A stretch of DNA of 64,000 bases from Williopsis jadinii (taxonomy: Eukaryota): the NCBI GenBank assembly GCA_024346625.1, contig AP024665.1:434001-498000 (forward strand), given 5' to 3'. Under the pieces are notes generated by a model, which made no database searches, was not told the DNA's origin, and saw only the letters and a program-made list of their open reading frames with translations. Numbering within the stretch: the first letter of the stretch is position 1; each line of letters opens with the position of its first letter. Below, piece after piece: positions 60,280 to 64,000 of this stretch. A program made the translations under genes and the position numbers.

Positions 60280-63200
60280 CATCTGAGCATCAACCAATCA
60301 CCTTGGTGCTAGCTCCTACATACAGATGCTAAAAGAGAGACGGTCCATTCTCGCTCAATATGGTTGTATTGAAACACATCTGGGACCAAGTTCGAGCTCA
60401 AACGCTCGATGCTGTTTTGTTCTGTCCTGCATAATCATGCGTTCTATAATCTCCTCGTTGGGTGAAAAAAAGGAGGTGGGGGATCAGAATCTGCCTAGTC
60501 CCTTGGTGCCGCACACTGCCCATTGAACTTTTCAACTTGTCCCCTACAAAGAGTGGAAGTTTGTGAGTGTGGTGGTAGTTAGCATCCGCACTCTTCAGGA
60601 CGTACTTCCTGGACTCTAAAGGATTTAAGATACTTAACTACATTCAGGGCCCGAGCACTGACGCCCCAGTTCTGGACAGTAAACTGTGTCGTACGTCTCA
60701 ACCTTCAGTTGTCTGTATACTATAGGGCTTCGGAAAACATGGAACATGCCATAAAATCGTAGCTGATCAACTGATAAACAAGTGCACTAAGAGCATGACG
60801 CTTTGGGACGCTTTTTGAGACCTTTGAGCTGATTGGTTGGAAGATAATTGTAGAGGTAAACGGCTTTCATGATGTATCTCACGTGTACATGTGCAGTGGA
60901 CTTACTATATCGAAGGATCATTTTTTGCTCGTAGTGAGACGCTCATTTGTAGCCGTATTGAGTGATAAATTTTGGCACTCCCTGGGGTCTTGGTTCTGCA
61001 AATATTATGCACAATCGTCCGGTGGGTTTTCCAGCTAGTGTGCGGTCTAGACCAGTGACGAAACCATATAACCTGGAGTTACTGCTTCCCAAATGTTCAA
61101 ACAACGGTAAGCTCAATGAATGTTGGCCCCTTCTGTTAGTGGCCTATCCATTGATACCAAACTAGCCCATCTTAGCTACAGGCTTCTGGACTCGAACGCT
61201 GTAGACTAATAAAGGGGTACCAAGTTCCAAGGCCCAAAGCTGCATGCATATCTCGACCCTAGTCTTCCGTGTGCTGCATACTTGTCCCGAACAGGACTTG
61301 GGTCTATGGTCGTAGGGTTGGGGACTGGGGAGCCTACGCCTAGGGCTCTGGCTTTACTTACTTGACCAATTTACAATGAGGAGGTATTCTAAACGTCATA
61401 GAGCTTTGAATATACACATCTAAGCACCATTCAATGGTTCCTCAGGGAAGGAGTGCACTGTCCGAAGTTGAGTGTCGAGTGTGACTCCAATGCTCCATGC
61501 CATAGATATCTCGAAGAGTCAGTCTGCCAGGACTTCAAACTAGTAATGCCTGCAACCTAACTTAGATTATCATAATTTGAATGCGCTCGTATACGCTACC
61601 ATTAAAGTACAAGTCCCACTTTGTCGATATCTGACCACACCGCATTCCGATGTTGAGAAGCAGGCCAATCATTAACTTTCGAGCCATCAGGAACCCCCAA
61701 GTTTGTTGGTTATCTCTTCAACGTGATGATTCATGTGCCAATTAAATTTCGCATGCATCACACAGAGTCATAACATCCCTGGTGGGCACAACATCCAGAG
61801 ATAGGCAGCAGGTTCTTGGTGGCGGATGTGTGGTCCCGGTTTGTATGTGGATCGTGGTATGATTCGTCAGTTGTAAGGTGGCGATGTCGTTTTGCGGATG
61901 AGCCGTTTAGCGGACATCGAGAAAATGCACGAGCGTTGGAAGTCAAAGACCAAATTAATCATGCTCGTCTCTTTTAGGTTGAAATCTAGAGAAATTCGTC
62001 ATAGAGCCTAGGTTTAGTGTACCGTCTGTCGGTTTCATGTGATCACCTTCTAAAGGGAAACTTGTTTTTAACCAACCACACCGAAGATCGCATCACTCCG
62101 GCATAATCTTATAATTGCTCTCTGCAGGCGAGTGGTGGTATCATTTGGGTCATATTCTTTCTGAATATTCGCAAAGATCTACCGTTCACCACTGGCTGCT
62201 ATTTCGTATAGCAAAGGTGCGATAGACGCAACTCGGGCCAAACTGCACTTTTCTCCGTAAACCTATTTACCCGCAGCATAAAGAAGAAAGTCTATGTCTG
62301 CATCGAGGTACTGATTTTCACTTTCGAACGTCGTCTCGGTTTCGAAAATGGCTGAGCTTGAGTGCTGTATTTGGAAGGTCACTGATAAACAATCTGGGTT
62401 CATGTTCTCTGACCAATCAGTTCTCTTGTTGTAATCATGGAGGTAGATTGACGGTCTCTCGACATCATATCTCTTGTCTACGATACGTTGTCTGATCGCA
62501 GCTTGGACACGATGTGTATACGGTGGATCAATGTGACCCGTTGGCTTTTCAATTGACAGTGGTGTGAACAGAACACACTGGATTGTCTTTGTTTCCTATG
62601 TAGAGACAGCGAAAGAAGTGGAATTGAGGCACGGTAAGGAGTATTATTGTGGTTATGGATTTTTTTGGGGTAGGTTCGTTATAGAGATGAGTTTCCATTC
62701 CAAAACATATGATTGTGTAGACTAAAGCTCAAAACATCCTTCTGCTGGTTTAATTTCACTTAGCTAAGGAGAGTGTCTCAATTCAGGTCAAATGATTGCC
62801 AGTAAACCCTCTTTCAGGTTCTGACCCTGGGCTAGACGCATTCTCAAAGCAACAAACCCAGGCACTGCAACACTGTACACTATACTGGCGACATATACAA
62901 TAGAACGCATGGATCCAGGCATTGTTGTGTCCTGCTCCTATCAAGCCACCGGCATTTTTGCTACATCTGCATCATCATTGTCTTTTTTTACTGATAACTA
63001 TAACTTCTGTTTTGAAAGTCAACGCTGTTGATGACAAGAAAAAGCCATCACTTATTAATCATCAATGAGCACACATCCTTGACACGTTGCATATGAATCT
63101 GTTTCAACAAGCAAGTTGAGATCATCTCTATTGATAATCGTAGGAGAAATCGAGCTGCTTCTCTTCAACGATTGATTGGATGCTACGACAATGCCTAACA

Positions 63201-63447
63201 CAGGTTAACTTCATCAAGGACATTAACGTGAGTTGTATGGAGTACCTGCAAAATCTATGCAGGTTGCGTAAACAGCCACTTTTCGGAATATTCCGAAAAC
63301 AGGTGTTGGTTCAGGAACGCCCTCGTTAGCGTAAACTGGTTGGGGCCACATACTATATAGCTTTCGCAAGTCGATGAATCAAGACTTGGCCCTGTACTAC
63401 TTCAACAGAGGGCTTGAGCTGTACAGCATCCAGAAGTCTGGCCAACC

Positions 63448-64000
63448 ATGAGTGAGCCTTCAGATAAAGATGATAAGAGAGAACCCTTCAGTACTGCAGC
63501 GTTCGTCCACTCCAGAGACTTAGAAGGCGAAATCACGACATCGTTCATTTTCAACTGGTTTATTGGATGGCCATTACTGGTGATCCTCTTCACTTTCCTA
63601 ACATATACTCTTTCGACGCATTACGTCACACATAAGTTCATTGATGAGATATTCCATGTCTCAATGGTTGAGCAGTACTACGGTGGTGATCTGCGTACTT
63701 GGGATCCCAAAATCACCACGCCACCGGGGTTATACTACTTAGGATTGGTTTGGAGTAAAATCGTTTCAATATTACCCATCAAGTGTAACCCTGTTGGGTT
63801 GACTTCTTTGAGGTTATTGAACACATTTGGAGGCACAGTCGCTCTACCAATAGCTTTGAACCCACTGTTCTTACTCAACCCGGTTGGATGGTGGCCAACG
63901 TCGATAATGCTTTTTCCTGTACTGTCAACGTATTACTACCTCTTCTACACCGATGTATGGAGCACCGTCTTCATCGTTGCATCGCTCAGCGTTGCTATCG
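63448..64000 (+). CDS. DIE2: Alpha-1,2-glucosyltransferase Alg10, 3'-truncated by the window edge
   Basis: Translation from ATG 63448 gives FIDEIFHV, WDPKITTPPGLY and YYLFYTDVWST. Absent from the ORF track because it runs off the end. Confidence 0.93.
   Translation, partial: MSEPSDKDDKREPFSTAAFVHSRDLEGEITTSFIFNWFIGWPLLVILFTFLTYTLSTHYVTHKFIDEIFHVSMVEQYYGGDLRTWDPKITTPPGLYYLGLVWSKIVSILPIKCNPVGLTSLRLLNTFGGTVALPIALNPLFLLNPVGWWPTSIMLFPVLSTYYYLFYTDVWSTVFIVASLSVAI

Overview
Gene-dense nuclear DNA from a budding yeast (Saccharomycotina). CTG decodes as Leu (conserved Leu in HAS1 KALVIDEAD is CTG at 24545), introns are short with TACTAAC-type branch points, and an ASP3-type secreted asparaginase is present. 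Together these suggest a Phaffomycetaceae-like yeast (Cyberlindnera/Wickerhamomyces); this is inference. The window holds about 30 protein genes (NNR2, SDH1, DBR1, RPC25, RPT1, CCDC124/Lso2-like, SSK1, SLH1, EFM1-like, EFG1, MnSOD, BTN2-like, HAS1, FOL2, GOT1, BET4, MAD2, an orphan membrane protein, an unassigned ORF, PUS6, COX26, SLS1, BBC1, GCN2, DPP1, PUF3, PET54, HSV2, AMP-deaminase pseudoenzyme, ASP3, DIE2). It also holds two tRNA genes (Tyr-GUA with intron, Glu-CUC) and five spliceosomal introns that the ORF track misses. No mobile element or CRISPR was recognised. Most interesting: (1) a presequence-less MnSOD with two Mac1-type copper-response elements and an in-frame, stop-interrupted presequence-like relic; (2) an unannotated, probably mitochondrial ORF whose motif order resembles bacterial RNase P protein RnpA; (3) a recurring Rap1/telomere-like 13-mer ACACCCGGACACC; (4) a GC-rich, hairpin-rich non-coding segment between FOL2 and GOT1. 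All homology calls come from recalled protein motifs, not database searches.
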